The notes under the pieces were generated by a model that did not search any database, was not told the DNA's origin, and saw only the letters and a program-made list of their open reading frames with translations. A stretch of DNA of 64,000 nt from Octopus vulgaris (Eukaryota). Positions 12,564 to 24,690 of this stretch are shown here, piece after piece. Where the stretch lies: positions 55,180,001 to 55,244,000 of the forward strand of contig OX597830.1 of NCBI GenBank assembly GCA_951406725.2, in the 5' to 3' direction. Positions within the stretch are counted from its first letter, which is position 1; each line of letters begins with the position of its first letter. The translations under genes and the position numbers were made by a program.

Positions 12564-15330
12564 TAATTTAAGACATTGACTTTTTTTATTATTTCCGGTT
12601 GTCTAAAAACATAGTCAAAGGGGACAACACCAGAATGCAAAAAAAAAAGAAGAAAAAAATGATATATAAAAGTAAATAACAAATAAAAAAGAGACACTCT
12701 AAAATCCCAATTTAGCCATCTTAATTTATACAATCTCTACTCTATTTCTGTCGATGAAGTGGTTTCTCTTGTTTAAAGACAGAAAAAATATTCTAATGAG
12801 ATGCAGGTTGAACCTGTCTCATTACTTTACTTTCTTTACTGAACATGTACAGTGATGACTTCTCGGTTGTTAGTAAATAACCACACTACGTAACGTCAAT
12901 GTCAAACTGGTCATTAAATTCAGACTTTCTCCCCTTCTTTGTCAAAATCACTTGCTCCCATCTCATTCATTTTTGTGATGTTGTTATTGCTGTTGTTATT
13001 TTTTACCTCTCTTCTTAGATTTGTTCTGTGTTTTTTTTTTGTGTGTGCATTTGTTTTTTCTCCTATTCATTACAGCAGAATGCTGTAAGCTCTCTTATAA
13101 GATAACCTGAGATTGTGTGAGTGCGTCTGAAAACAGGTAATTTATCATTGAATTTAGATAATTATCAACAGACAGATTGCAATGTAGAAAAGGATCCCTC
13201 TCCTTAGCACCATCGCCTCCACCACCATTAAACGAAAATGGATGCAATCTTTGTATTAGTTAAAGCTATTCCATTGTCCATTTCTGATACTCATCATTTT
13301 GTACTAGTTAGTTTTACTCATTAACATTCGTTATAATGTTAGTCATGTCTAATGTAATGATGGGGGCCAGAGTCCATGTGTGAAGCAATACTACTGCTAC
13401 GACATTGAAAAACCTTATATTTCTTTACTTGCTTCTCCTCTTCAACAATGCTATATGGAGGGAAGATTCAAGTAAATACTGTTAAATACTTTGTTATTGT
13501 TGACTTTACCCGTCATCCCTTTTGGGTATATCAGTCCCAAATATATGTATATGACTAATATACTTAAAAGTTGATCATCCACTCTAAATAGAGGCCTGTG
13601 CCTAGTCAATACATCTATTTAGAGAGGAGAGAGAGAGGGGGGGAGGGAAGAGAAGCAGATGCAAACTGAAATGATCTTTTATTCACTGGCTGTCATTTCC
13701 AACAGTTTATTTCATTTTTATCATTGTACAATGCCTGGAATCATAATTTCTATGGAACTCCCAAATTTATGTTGCAGTTTGATATTTGTGTCAACTGGCC
13801 TCAATAGCAATAGAATGTTTGAAAAATGTCACTGAGTATTGAGGAAATGGTTTATCTTTTCCAAGATATGTTATATATATGTATATATAATGCCCTCTTT
13901 TCTCTTTCTCTCTCTCTCACTCACTCTCTCTCCTTCTCTCTCTCTCTCTCTCTCTCACTCCTCTCTCTGTTATTTCTAAATATGAACCAACAAAAATAAA
14001 CAAAATTCCATTTCCAATGTTGAGGAGCCTGGACAAATCATTTTATTGGTTGCTGTACCATTACAGTTTTGCTTATTTAATTTCAGACTTTAACTAATGG
14101 CAATGCTAACCAAATTAACTCTGCAAATAATTTTCTCCATTTTTCCCTGTAATTCAACTGTAATGTTCTATGTTGAAACTTGCCTACAATCTTCCAGTTT
14201 CAGTTGTTGAAGAACTGCCACTCTGACTCTGATGAAACACTCTGGTTTAATCTTCTGCTGGAACTGCCAATCTAATGTGGGGGCAAGAATCTGGGGTTGT
14301 ATCGTCAGTGCTTCACAATAGTCTTTCATCTCCTTAATGTCTGTCATCTAGCAACTGACTGGTTAACACATGTATTGGAGATCATTTGGTTTTTTTTGTG
14401 CGTTTTTATTTGGCATATTGCCATTCATCCATGTGAAAATGACCTTTCTTGTCAAATAAAAACATTTGATTAGATTTGGGGTTGCTTTTTTTATTGTTTT
14501 TGCTTCTTTTGTTGCTTTTTTTTGTATGCTTTTCTGTAAAACAAGTTTGAAGATCATTAGCTAATTAATGTTTCTACTGTGTATGTCTGACAGGTGAGAT
14601 CAGCAATTTCTGTGATTAACTAATGGAATAGTTTCTATTTCAGACTTTGTCATTAGTACTGTACAGTGTCCTAGAACCCAGTTCACCCAGTTGTTGATGT
14701 GAACCATGTTACTTTTCAAATGTTACCTATTTGTAGTTAAGATATGATTGCCTTGGCTATAAACACACTATAGCATTGGTGGTGGTAATATATGAACTGT
14801 TCAGATAGCATATGTCTGGTCCTATATAATTGTTCCTTTGGGCCTGCTAGGGAGTCATTTGTCTCCAATTTACTGGTTCTGACAGCTCGTTTCTTGCTTT
14901 AGTCAGCTTCGATTAATATTTTAATGAGATTGTTGTGACTAAATACTATAAACATGTTTTTTTTTTCCTAAACATCTCAGTGTGTGTTATCTGATTTACT
15001 GAAAATTGGTTAGAAATTAACTTATTGGTTTATGTGATTCACTCATCTGATTTACAAAAGTAAAGTTTGATTTCAAAATATATTTCCTAACAGAGCCTTT
15101 AAACCCAAGCATTTTACGTGAGAAAATGCCATATTTGCTGGTGTGGATGATGCACCCCTACATTACAAGAAAATTTATTAAAAATATATATATTATATCT
15201 CGTCTGTTTCATCATACGTATATTGAAAGATTCTTTAATGTGGTTTTGTAAGGGGGGTGAAATATGATCCTGTTTATGTAAATACAATATTGTGACTTTA
15301 TACTGGAATAAAGTAAGAAACTATCGATTT
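12564..15330 (+). other. Probable long 3' UTR of the GPATCH8-like gene
   Basis: About 3 kb free of SINEs after the stop codon, unlike the flanking DNA. AATAAA at 15307-15312 is followed by T-rich sequence. The true end is not determinable from sequence alone. Confidence 0.45.
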
Positions 15331-16329
15331 ATCATAAATGAGCTGCATTTCACTTTTATCTTCTTTCAGATCAACTTTGTAGATGTTCTATATTTTGGTG
15401 AAAAGAATTATCACATGATGAAAACCTCTTTTTCTAGCAATGATGTTTTGCATTACTGCCGTCAGCCACTAGGGCAGTGCACCATCACTAATGTTTTGTT
15501 GTCATCCCCTCATTACAAATAGCTGAGAAGCAAATGAAAATTTAAGCCTTTCCATGTTTCTAGAAGTTTTCATTTAGATAATTTTGAAATATTTAGATTA
15601 TTTTTAAAAGTCATTAAATAATATAAGATATACATTATGCATGGGTTGTATATGCTGGGGAAGAAGATATAATGAGATATAACCTTAACACCTGACTTCC
15701 AATGAACTGACTGTATACAAGTTCTTATAAGTTTGTGCTAACAATCTGATATTTTGGCTTGTTTTCGTATTTGTAAAAGTTATTGTACGCAACTAATTTC
15801 TGTTTACCTAGCTCCCTCATCTCTGGTGCATGATCTCCCATCGGTATTACAGTCGCATTAGACGCACTGCAATTTTTATACACGTTAAAAATTTTAAAAG
15901 CATGCCTTATTTACTGGTAAATACAGTAATTAATCCTTAAAAGTGATCAAGTTTTATTTCACCGATTTTCGGTTGAGTGTCCTTGCACAGAACGCCATGG
16001 ACCAGTGGTTGGTGTGTTCTTTTTTGTACTTACTGAGTTTGAATAGATGAGAGAGAAATCTTAACAGTAGAGGTTGGATGGTTTGGTGGGATCTGGCTCT
16101 GTCGTGTTCCAGTATCTGCTTTGGCAGGATTTGACTGTCATACTCCAGTGTCTTCTATATCTCAATGCTCCCCTTAACAGAATGTACTGGGTGCGTTATT
16201 CGTGGTAGCAGCACCAGGGAAGATCGCCTAGTAACTTAAAAGACAAAGGGCCGAAAGTAACCCATATAACGGGGGTTAAAAAAAAAGGATCTCTTCAATG
16301 GAAGTCTGCAGGTACTAAGTCTGGCGAGT

Positions 16330-16808
16330 GAGGAAAGCTCGGTGACGGTATATTATCATCGTGAAGAAACCAATTCTTCGCGCTCCACAGATCCAGTCGC
16401 TCTCACCGAATGTCCTCCCTCAAATGATCCAAACCATTGTCTTCCAACTATCCTCATGCACAAGCTGATGAATTTTCTCCACATTTCTGGGGGTGACAGG
16501 TCTTCCATGGACATTCTTCCGCTTTTGGAGCGCCTGTACCACTTGAAACATTGCACACAGCCCATTGCCTATTCGCCGTAAGCATGCTCAATGCCTCTGT
16601 AATAGATTTCCCAAGTTTAACGCAAAATTTCAAGTTCTTTGTTCCAACTTCCTGTCCATGACAAAGGTCGCAGACAACAGCATACACGTCATCACAAACT
16701 TGCGAAGTAAACAGTGTGTCACTCAGCACACTGCCTCATTAAGGTCACTTCTAGCTCTCACTGGTGCGCCACAGAACCAGTCCAGGAACTTTTTGATATC
16801 ACCTCTTA
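16330..16808 (-). mobile_element. Mariner-type transposon 5' relic
   Basis: TIR-like end (minus strand TAAGAGGTGATATCAAAAAGTTCCTGGACTGG). Frameshifted N-terminal HTH: KFCVKLGKSITEALSML, CFKWYRRSKSGRMSMED. Confidence 0.75.
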
Positions 16809-17395
16809 CATAGATTCATGTATCGATGCATCTCTCAGAATCGGATCGACACAACGATCTATTTCTGGAGCTGCATTTGGATCAATGGCTTGACTAAACC
16901 TACAACTTAATATTTGGTTGCACGTCCGCAGTCACACGAGGAGCCACACCAAGGTGGAATTCATCAATGTCAAGTTCAGTACCATTCTGAGTCACCAGAA
17001 AGCAATTGAATCATCACCACTCTGTAGCTTGCGTGCAGTGGCTGCCAACTTTACAATTCTTCTTAATTTAGTTTGTCTGTAAGCAAACGATGCACGTTTC
17101 ACTTACTGTCTCACCTTAAATTCATTGTTAATTTATCTATGTCGACAGTTTCCACACCAAAAAAGGTCACCCATTCCCCCCGAAGCAGGCAGCATACATT
17201 CTTTGAGTGTGGAGGATGTTACTTTGTGTGTGTGTATGTGTTTGCATGTACGTATACAGATAGATGCATAAATATATAAACATTTATACATGCATACACG
17301 CACACTAACACATAAAAGGAGTAAAATAAACAATAGTAGTTCAATCTATGCTACACATGTTTTAATAGCATGGCATATTATTCATTTTCCATAAA

Positions 17396-17600
17396 GCAGG
17401 GAGCTGGCAGAATCGTTAAGTACGGCGGAGAAAACGCTTAGCGGTATTTCGCTCTGAGTTCAAATTCCGCCATGGTCGGCATTGTCTTTCGTCCTTTCAG
17501 GATTAATAATTTAAGCTCCAGCTGAGCACTGGGGTCGATGTAATCGACTAGGCTTTCTTCCCCACCCTACTCCAAATTTCAGGCTCTGTGCTTAGAGTAA
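17396..17600 (+). mobile_element. SINE family A copy
   Basis: GAGCTGGCAGAATCGTTA...GAGTTCAAATTCCGCC (B-box-like)...CACTGGGGTCGATGTAATCGAC. Confidence 0.75.
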
Positions 17601-17957
17601 AAAGTAATTTTATTCATTATCTGTCACGTCATCGGGTACTTGGCTTCTATGACGATAAAATAGGCTGCAGCCGATTGAACCACAGAATCGGAGAAGAAAT
17701 ACACTTCGGTCACAACAGTGGAAGGGTTTTGGAAAAGAATTCAGCCAATCAAATGTCTTGAATGTAGCCTCAGCAACAGACTCTGTAGAAAGGTGTGGTC
17801 ATCGCAGTCGCTTTAAACTTGGCAAAGATCTACAATTTCTTTGCTGACACTTGACCTGTCACCCACCACAACATAATTTAACCGGTACCATGCAAAACAT
17901 TTCAGCGAGTATACACACACAAATATTAAGTTGCATAAAAACACATACGTAAAGCGA

Positions 17958-18360
17958 ATCATCATCATCATCATCGTCTTCATTTAACGTCCATTGTCCA
18001 TGCTGGCATGGGTTGGACGGTTTGACCAGGGCTGGCAAGCTGGATGATTGCACCAGATTCCATTCTGATTTGGCATGGTTTCTACGGCTGAATGCCCGTG
18101 CCCTGAATTCTCCGCTATACTCGTTACCAACCCTCGACTTACTGACAGCGTCCTTGTAAATGGCTTGTACAGCTCGCACCAACCACTCGTCCATCCCTAG
18201 TTTCCGCATTGACTACTAGATAAGGGATCGAGGGACCCTGTCGAAGACTTTCTCCAAGCCAAGTACAGAGGTTTATCATCAGTGGTGCATAAAACCAAAC
18301 TGCATCTCATTTAGGCTAACTTTCTCCCTAAGTAGTTGGACTATGACCCTCTCAGTAACT
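17958..18360 (-). mobile_element. Internally deleted RTE-type LINE: reverse-transcriptase fragment fused to family D 3' tail
   Basis: Minus-strand translation gives EMQFGFM and LEKVFDRVPRSLI**SMRKLGMDEWLVRAVQAIYKDAVSKSRVGNEYS (RT). It is joined at ~18097 to the family D tail ending in (GAT)n. Confidence 0.75.
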
Positions 18361-18374
18361 TTATATATATATAT

Positions 18375-18772
18375 TCTTTTACCTGTATCAGTCATTTGAC
18401 TGTGGCCATGCTGGAGCAGCGCCTTAAAGGGCTTTAGTTGAATAAATTGACCTTGAACTCATTCTCTGTAAGCCTACTACTTATTCTATCGGTTTCTTTT
18501 GCTGAACTACTAGATGATGGTGACTTAAACATACCAACATCGTTTCTCAAGCGATGGTGGAGAGGGGAGACAGAAAAACAAAAATACAAATATATGCATA
18601 CACATACATATATATTTATACGACAGGCTTCTTACAGTTTCCGTCTACCAAATCTACTCACAAGGCTTTGGTCGGCCCGAGGCTATACTAGAAGACGCTT
18701 GGTCAATGTGTCATGCGGTGGGAGCGAACCTGGAACCATATGGTTGAGAAGCAAGCATCTTATCACATAGCC
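18375..18772 (-). mobile_element. SINE family B (CORE-like) copy, diverged
   Basis: Shares CAGTTTCCGTCTACCAAAT..ACTCACAAGGCTTTGGTCGGCCCGAGGCTATA and GACTGTGGCCATGCTGGAGCA with other copies. Confidence 0.75.
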
Positions 18773-20542
18773 GCAATTTTTGTTTGGAAAAACCTTAAAG
18801 GGGATTTAGCAGGCAAAATATCAGCTACTACAAATTTAGATGTGAGAATTCCTCAGCAGAAAACAGAATTTCACGACAGTCCGTTTCTTCGTTTCAGCCA
18901 TCGCAAAAATTGCCAAACAAGAGAGAAGCACTGCAAAACAAAGATATACCACGTGATAGTTTGACTATATCCGACGACGAGGGTCGGCAGACAGATAGCA
19001 GAGTGTCACATCAAGTGACGTCTAGCGGCGGAAGACTGAACTAAAAAGGGCTTGTCCCACAGAGAACGTTTCCGGTTGCTTTTGGGCACCTCTACGTATA
19101 TAAATAAATATATGAAGGTATTATGATAAAAAATGATAAGTGGTTATATATTCGTTACCTCAAATTCACCAGTGTGTATAAGTGACTTACTGTGGTTCTT
19201 GAGCCGTTTGACTCCTATTTCTAGCAATGCTAGGTTATTGGTTATACACACACACACATATATATATACACACTCATATATATATAAATTATATATACTT
19301 GGAGAAAGACCGCCCTCCGGGCGGTTTTCTGCTAGCCCCCTTATTAATATTTTCACATTTGATTCCCGTTTCTAATAATTTTTATATTTTACGTCTAATT
19401 ATTTCTTTGTATGATAGTGCTCACGGTAGTCCAACAACAGAGGGAGAAGCAGTTTGTCAAGCTTTACCTTCCCCTCAAAGCAACATAGAGATTTCAATTC
19501 AGCAGCCCATCTGTAAGCTTTGCAGTGTGTGCGTTTGTGTGTTTGTGTGAGAGAGACAGAGAACTTTGCAAACAATGACTGAAATGAAAAACTCGCACAA
19601 ATAAAAGGGCATTACTACAGATGTATACGCCCTCTGAGTTTGTTGCCTCATAACATCCAGAAAAATGGATACTTTTTAAACAAAAGTTTCTATAAATACT
19701 CCGTAGATGTTGTGACTTCAGAGTATATAGGGATATATGGGAAAGACTTTTTACGAGGAGGTGGAGAGGGGAGTTTCAGAAAATTCACATGATCTGACTT
19801 TTTACCCTCATAACTTTCAGGAAGATGGATATCTTTTAATGAAAATTTATACAAATCCCTTTCAAACAGCATCGATTACGATTATAAAGAAATCTGTGGA
19901 GAAAAGTTTTCGGGGATCTTCCGCATTTTTTTTAAACGACAGCCTTCGAAATGATGGGGTTGTGGAATCTTTGCATGAAAAGTTTTGAAAACTCTTTTTT
20001 TTTTACACCCCCACTCCCTTATCATCCCACTCTGGACCCATTTTGGCCAATTTTTTTTTCTCTGCTTTTTGCACTTCAAAACCATGGAAAGAGCATTTTC
20101 GGTGAAAACATTTTAATGTTAATATTTTCAGTGGGAAAAGTGATGTAAGGGCGATTTAGCTGTTTTTCCTAGCACATCCAAAGACAAACCACATCGTTTC
20201 TTTATCACTCTTGTATGTATTAATGATTTTCAATATTTTCCCTCATAAATACACATATATGTTATAAAAAAAAAATTTGAGAAATTATGAATTTTTTGCA
20301 ACTCTACTTCCTGTCCCCGATTGTTTGTTTAGAAATTAAAATATTGGAGAGACTGAGAAGGTCATTGCTGGCATATATTCACAGTGATTTTTAAAAAATT
20401 ACGGAGATGTACTTGCATAGCAAGTGACTTGATCTGAGATCATGTGCTGAGGCAAAAAGCCGATTGCAGCATGGAAGATGTTTGTAAATCATTCAAGAAC
20501 ACAAATACCATTAGTTTCACTTCAACGTTAAAACTTCATTTG

Positions 20543-20589
20543 TGTCATAATATTTTCGTCGCTTTGAAAACGCGACCTGTTCGCTGACA
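20543..20589 (-). ncRNA. Type I hammerhead-like motif with swapped G3-C8 core pair
   Basis: Minus strand: UGUCA-GCGAACA-G-GUCGC(guuuucaaa)GCGAC-GAAA-AUAU-UA-UGACA. Perfect 5-bp stems I and II, palindromic stem III AAUAUU. Confidence 0.6.
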
Positions 20590-20662
20590 AAATTTCACAA
20601 AAGTGATAAAGTATATATATATATATATACTTTATTTAAAGCAGCAGAAAATTCAACAAAAC

Positions 20663-20700
20663 CTGTTACTCTGAGTTTCCCGTTGCCGTTCATCGGACAG
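20663..20700 (-). ncRNA. Type I hammerhead-like motif (U4C core)
   Basis: Minus strand: CUGU-CCGAUGA-ACG(GCAA)CGG-GAAA-CUCAGAG-UA-ACAG. GNRA loop II, stem III ACUC/GAGU, GUA triplet; A.G mismatch at the base of stem II. Confidence 0.58.
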
Positions 20701-21776
20701 TTTTTGCTAGAATGGAACCGATATGTCAATTCTATCCAGACTATTACAAACGCTACACCTTTAAAAAAATGGACATGTTTGATTGGCCCTTTAGAAATAA
20801 CGGTCAATCTTCGAGCGATAAACAAAAATGAGCTCAAAAATATATATATGTATATATATAAAAATTATAAAAATTATAAAATTCGAGGAAAAACCTTACA
20901 TTGAATAAAATACATATTGACCTTAATGAAGGAAATATAATTAATACATGGAAATTAAAAAGCATTAAAAATATTACACTGCAATACATATTCATATTAA
21001 AGTATACATATATATATATTAACATACACAGAAAGATGTGTGCAAACCCCATACTTATACAGACGTATAAAATATAAAGCTAAAATATACACACAAATGC
21101 ATGTATACATATGTATTCGCAATCTAGTTCGGACGCAAGCTAAAATCATAGGATGTTAACGTAGCGTTCTTATTTACGAAGCAAAGCTTAAGATATGAGT
21201 AAGTGAGGAGGTACGTAAAGTTGCATGTCTCTATACAAGTATCGTATAGTTAGAGAAAAAAACGAAAGAAAGGAAGAGAGAGAAAAAAGAACGAAGAAAG
21301 GGGAAGGGAAAAAAAAGGAGGGGTGGGGAAAAACAAAATAAGAAAAATTATGTATACAAGCTGTGTAACCACGATATTGATATATATTTCGAGACAAGTA
21401 TACAAACACACAAGTTCAAGTGGATACATACACATACAGTCGTGTATGTGTGTGCTTAAGCACAAACATACGCTCACTTACACATACACAGAGACGCATG
21501 CTTACAAATACATATTCGTGGCTATACACATATTTACATCAAAATTCTATATATATATATCATATATATATATATATATAATATATATAAATTATATATA
21601 TTTATACATATATAAATAATATATATATGTATATATAGTTATATATATATAATGTATATATATGTATGTATATGTATGTATTTATATGTACATATATATA
21701 TATATATACATATATAAATAATATATATGTGTATATATATATTTATACATATATAGTGTATATATATATATATATT

Positions 21777-21812
<36 letters not shown>

Positions 21813-21847
21813 AATAAATAAATGTATATATATATATATATATAAAG

Positions 21848-21875
<28 letters not shown>

Positions 21876-21879
<4 letters not shown>

Positions 21880-22603
21880 ATAACTCCAAACTTACAGGGA
21901 AAAATTCAATTTAAATCAAATTTCATAATATAATATAACACATAAATTAGAGAAAAACCACTATTATGCAATTCAAACAATGATAAACATAAACCAAATC
22001 ATAAATAAATAAAAATATTTTTTAAAACTTATAACTAGAACACAAAATATATAAAAATGAATAATCAATATATAAGTAAAAAAACTACGTACGTTTCATG
22101 GCTATAGTTAAATTCGAATTACAAGTAAATTAGATTTAATCGAAAATAAATTCAATTAAAAATTATAGTCACTCTTCGGGTTAACAATAATATCAATAAT
22201 AGTTAAATAAATAATAAAATAATGATTTTTCTTATAGAAGAAACTCTGTTAACTAAATTTGAAACTTAAAACATTAGGACCAGTTGAAAATGTATTTATC
22301 TGTGAAGATATAAATTAGCTTAATAAAAAAAAATTAATATACTATAGAATATCTTTAACCTAGTTATACTCTTATATTTAATTACCAAACTATTTAACAA
22401 ACTATCACTCTTAATATTTTTAAATTTTAGTTCATATATAATAATTATAGAATAATAAATATATATAAATAAGTATGTAAATTATAATCAGCAAATATAG
22501 TAATTAAAATCCATATTTTTTCTATCAATAAACGTATAAATAACAAATAAATTAGTCCATTATTACTTACATAAATATTATAGATATCTTTCGAAAGTAT
22601 TTA

Positions 22604-22620
<17 letters not shown>
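21876..22620. mobile_element. AT-rich (TA)n-embedded element, family shared with 62490-62745 (Penelope-like terminal repeat?)
   Basis: TAAATTAGAGA.AAACCACTATTA.GCAA.TCA.ACAATGA at 21943 and 62498, followed by homologous hammerhead motifs. Confidence 0.6.
22083..22182 (-). ncRNA. Type I hammerhead-like motif (U4C core), same family as 62623-62686
   Basis: Minus strand: AAC-CCGAAGA-GUGACUAUA(~57 nt AU-rich)UAUAGCCAU-GAAA-CGUACG-UA-GUU. Palindromic stem III ACGUACGU. Confidence 0.65.
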
Positions 22621-22638
<18 letters not shown>

Positions 22639-22756
22639 CGCGAGAAAGAAGCAACAAGAATGGATAAGTTTTTAGTACATCTAAGTTTTTAGCATCTAAG
22701 TTAGGTACCATATTCAAGTAAATTCATTAAAATTGACTTGAATCTTTATTGCTTTT

Positions 22757-22817
<61 letters not shown>

Positions 22818-22818
22818 T

Positions 22819-23402
22819 TTACCAACCACATGGTTCCGGGTTCAGTCCCACTGCGTGGCACCTTGGGCAAGTGTCTTCTACTATAGCCTCGGGCCGACCA
22901 AAGCCTTGTGAGTGGATTTCGTAGACGGTAACTGAAAGAAGCCCGTCGTATATATGTATATATATGCGTGTGTGTGTTTGTGTGTCTGTGTTTGTCCCCC
23001 TATCTTTGCTTGACAACCGATACTGGTGTGTTTATGTCCCCGTTACTTAGCGGTTCGGCAAAAGAGACCGATAGAATAAGTACTGGGCTTACAAAAGAAT
23101 AAGTCCCGGGGTCGAGTTGCTCGATTAAAGGCGGTGCTCCAGCATGGCCGCAGTCAAACGACTGAAACAAGTAAAAGAGTATATCTGCATATATTTGTGT
23201 GTCTGTGTTTGTCCTCCCAACATCGCTTGACAACCGATGCTGGTGTGTTTACGTCTCCGTAACTTAGCGGTTCGGCAAAAGAGACCGATAGAATAAGTAC
23301 TGGGCTTACAAAGAACAAGTCCTGGGGTCGATTTGCTCGGCTAAAGGCGGTGCTCCAGCATGGCCACAGTCAAATGACTGGAACAAATAAAAGAGTAAAA
23401 GA
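22819..23402 (+). mobile_element. SINE family B (CORE-like) with tandemly duplicated 3' half
   Basis: GGTTCAGTCCCACTGCGTGGCACCTTGGGCAAGTGTCTT head. The 3' module (GCTTGACAACCGAT...GACTG.AACAA.TAAAAGAG) occurs twice, at ~22985-23180 and ~23200-23402. Confidence 0.85.
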
Positions 23403-23467
23403 GTATATGTATATATATATATATATATATATGCATTATATTTATATATATGCATATATATATATCA

Positions 23468-23560
<93 letters not shown>

Positions 23561-23587
23561 AAAATAAATATAAAATTATATATATAT

Positions 23588-23732
23588 AGGCGTAGGAGTG
23601 GCTGTGTGGTAAGTAGGTTGCTTACCAACCACATGGTTCCGGGTTCTGTCTTACTGTGTGGCACCTTGGGCAAGTGTCTTCTACTGTAGCCTCGGGCCTA
23701 CCAAAGCCTTGTGAAACTGAAAGAAGCCCGTC

Positions 23733-23735
<3 letters not shown>
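23588..23735 (+). mobile_element. SINE family B 5' part
   Basis: GGCGTAGGAGTGGCTGTGTGGTAAGTAG... head, truncated at the internal microsatellite. Confidence 0.8.
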
Positions 23736-23812
<77 letters not shown>

Positions 23813-24236
23813 ATATATATATAATTTATATAATTTAGATCGTAGAGAACATAGTTATTTGAATTTAAAATAATAAGTGTGAAAAATTGAATATATGTAT
23901 GTAATATATCTATGTAGTATATTTATGTAATATAATTTTTCTGAATCTTCAGATTTTTCTATATACTAGACCACTGGTTTTAAATTGATATTAATCAAAT
24001 TAATATTCAATTTTTCACTCTTATTATTTTAAATTTGATTTTAAATAATTATGTTCTCTAACCGGCAAAATTCACCGCACAGAATTATTTTCTGCAGAAT
24101 TATTTCCAGTATTTTGGCGCGCAAAAACGAAGACTTTTGAAATATAATCCCAAATGTAATTGGTAGAACTATATACATATTCAATCTCATGCGGACGTCT
24201 TATGTATATTTCTGCAAATTATATTTTGCTATGATG

Positions 24237-24307
24237 ATCACACTGACGAGTTGCGGACATATACGTAAGTGATTACGTAAGTGGTAACAACGAAATTAGT
24301 TTGTGAT
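24237..24307 (+). ncRNA. Minimal type I hammerhead ribozyme, canonical core
   Basis: AUCACA-CUGACGA-GUUG(34 nt)CAAC-GAAA-UUAG-UU-UGUGAU. 6-bp stem I, 4-bp stem II, very short stem III, GUU triplet. Confidence 0.72.
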
Positions 24308-24499
24308 TAATCTTTATATTTTTTATCTTTTCATTTGTCTTACTCGCTTACGCTTAGGCGTTTGATAAATTTTCTTGAGAACATTCCTTTCTTAGTGGTA
24401 AGACCATAGAGTTTCGACTTCTAGCATAATGGATGTCCTCTTAGTGGTCATCCCCCTTATATATTTTTTTCTCTCCTTGTTTTTTTTTTTTTCTGTGTA

Positions 24500-24537
24500 T
24501 CTTTCTGTCGAAGAGCGTAGGCTCGAAACGTAAAAGA
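24500..24537 (+). ncRNA. Type I hammerhead-like motif with variant core CUGUCGA+A
   Basis: UCUUU-CUGUCGA-A-GAGC(GUAG)GCUC-GAAA-CG-UA-AAAGA. Perfect stems I and II, ACGU palindromic stem III. Confidence 0.55.
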
Positions 24538-24633
24538 CTTGTTCTATTTCTATTCCTGGGCGCCATACTAATACAGTTGTTTGTTTGTACTCCACCTGCC
24601 TTCGTCTTTTGTTTATTTTCGTAAACCTTCCCG

Positions 24634-24690
<57 letters not shown>

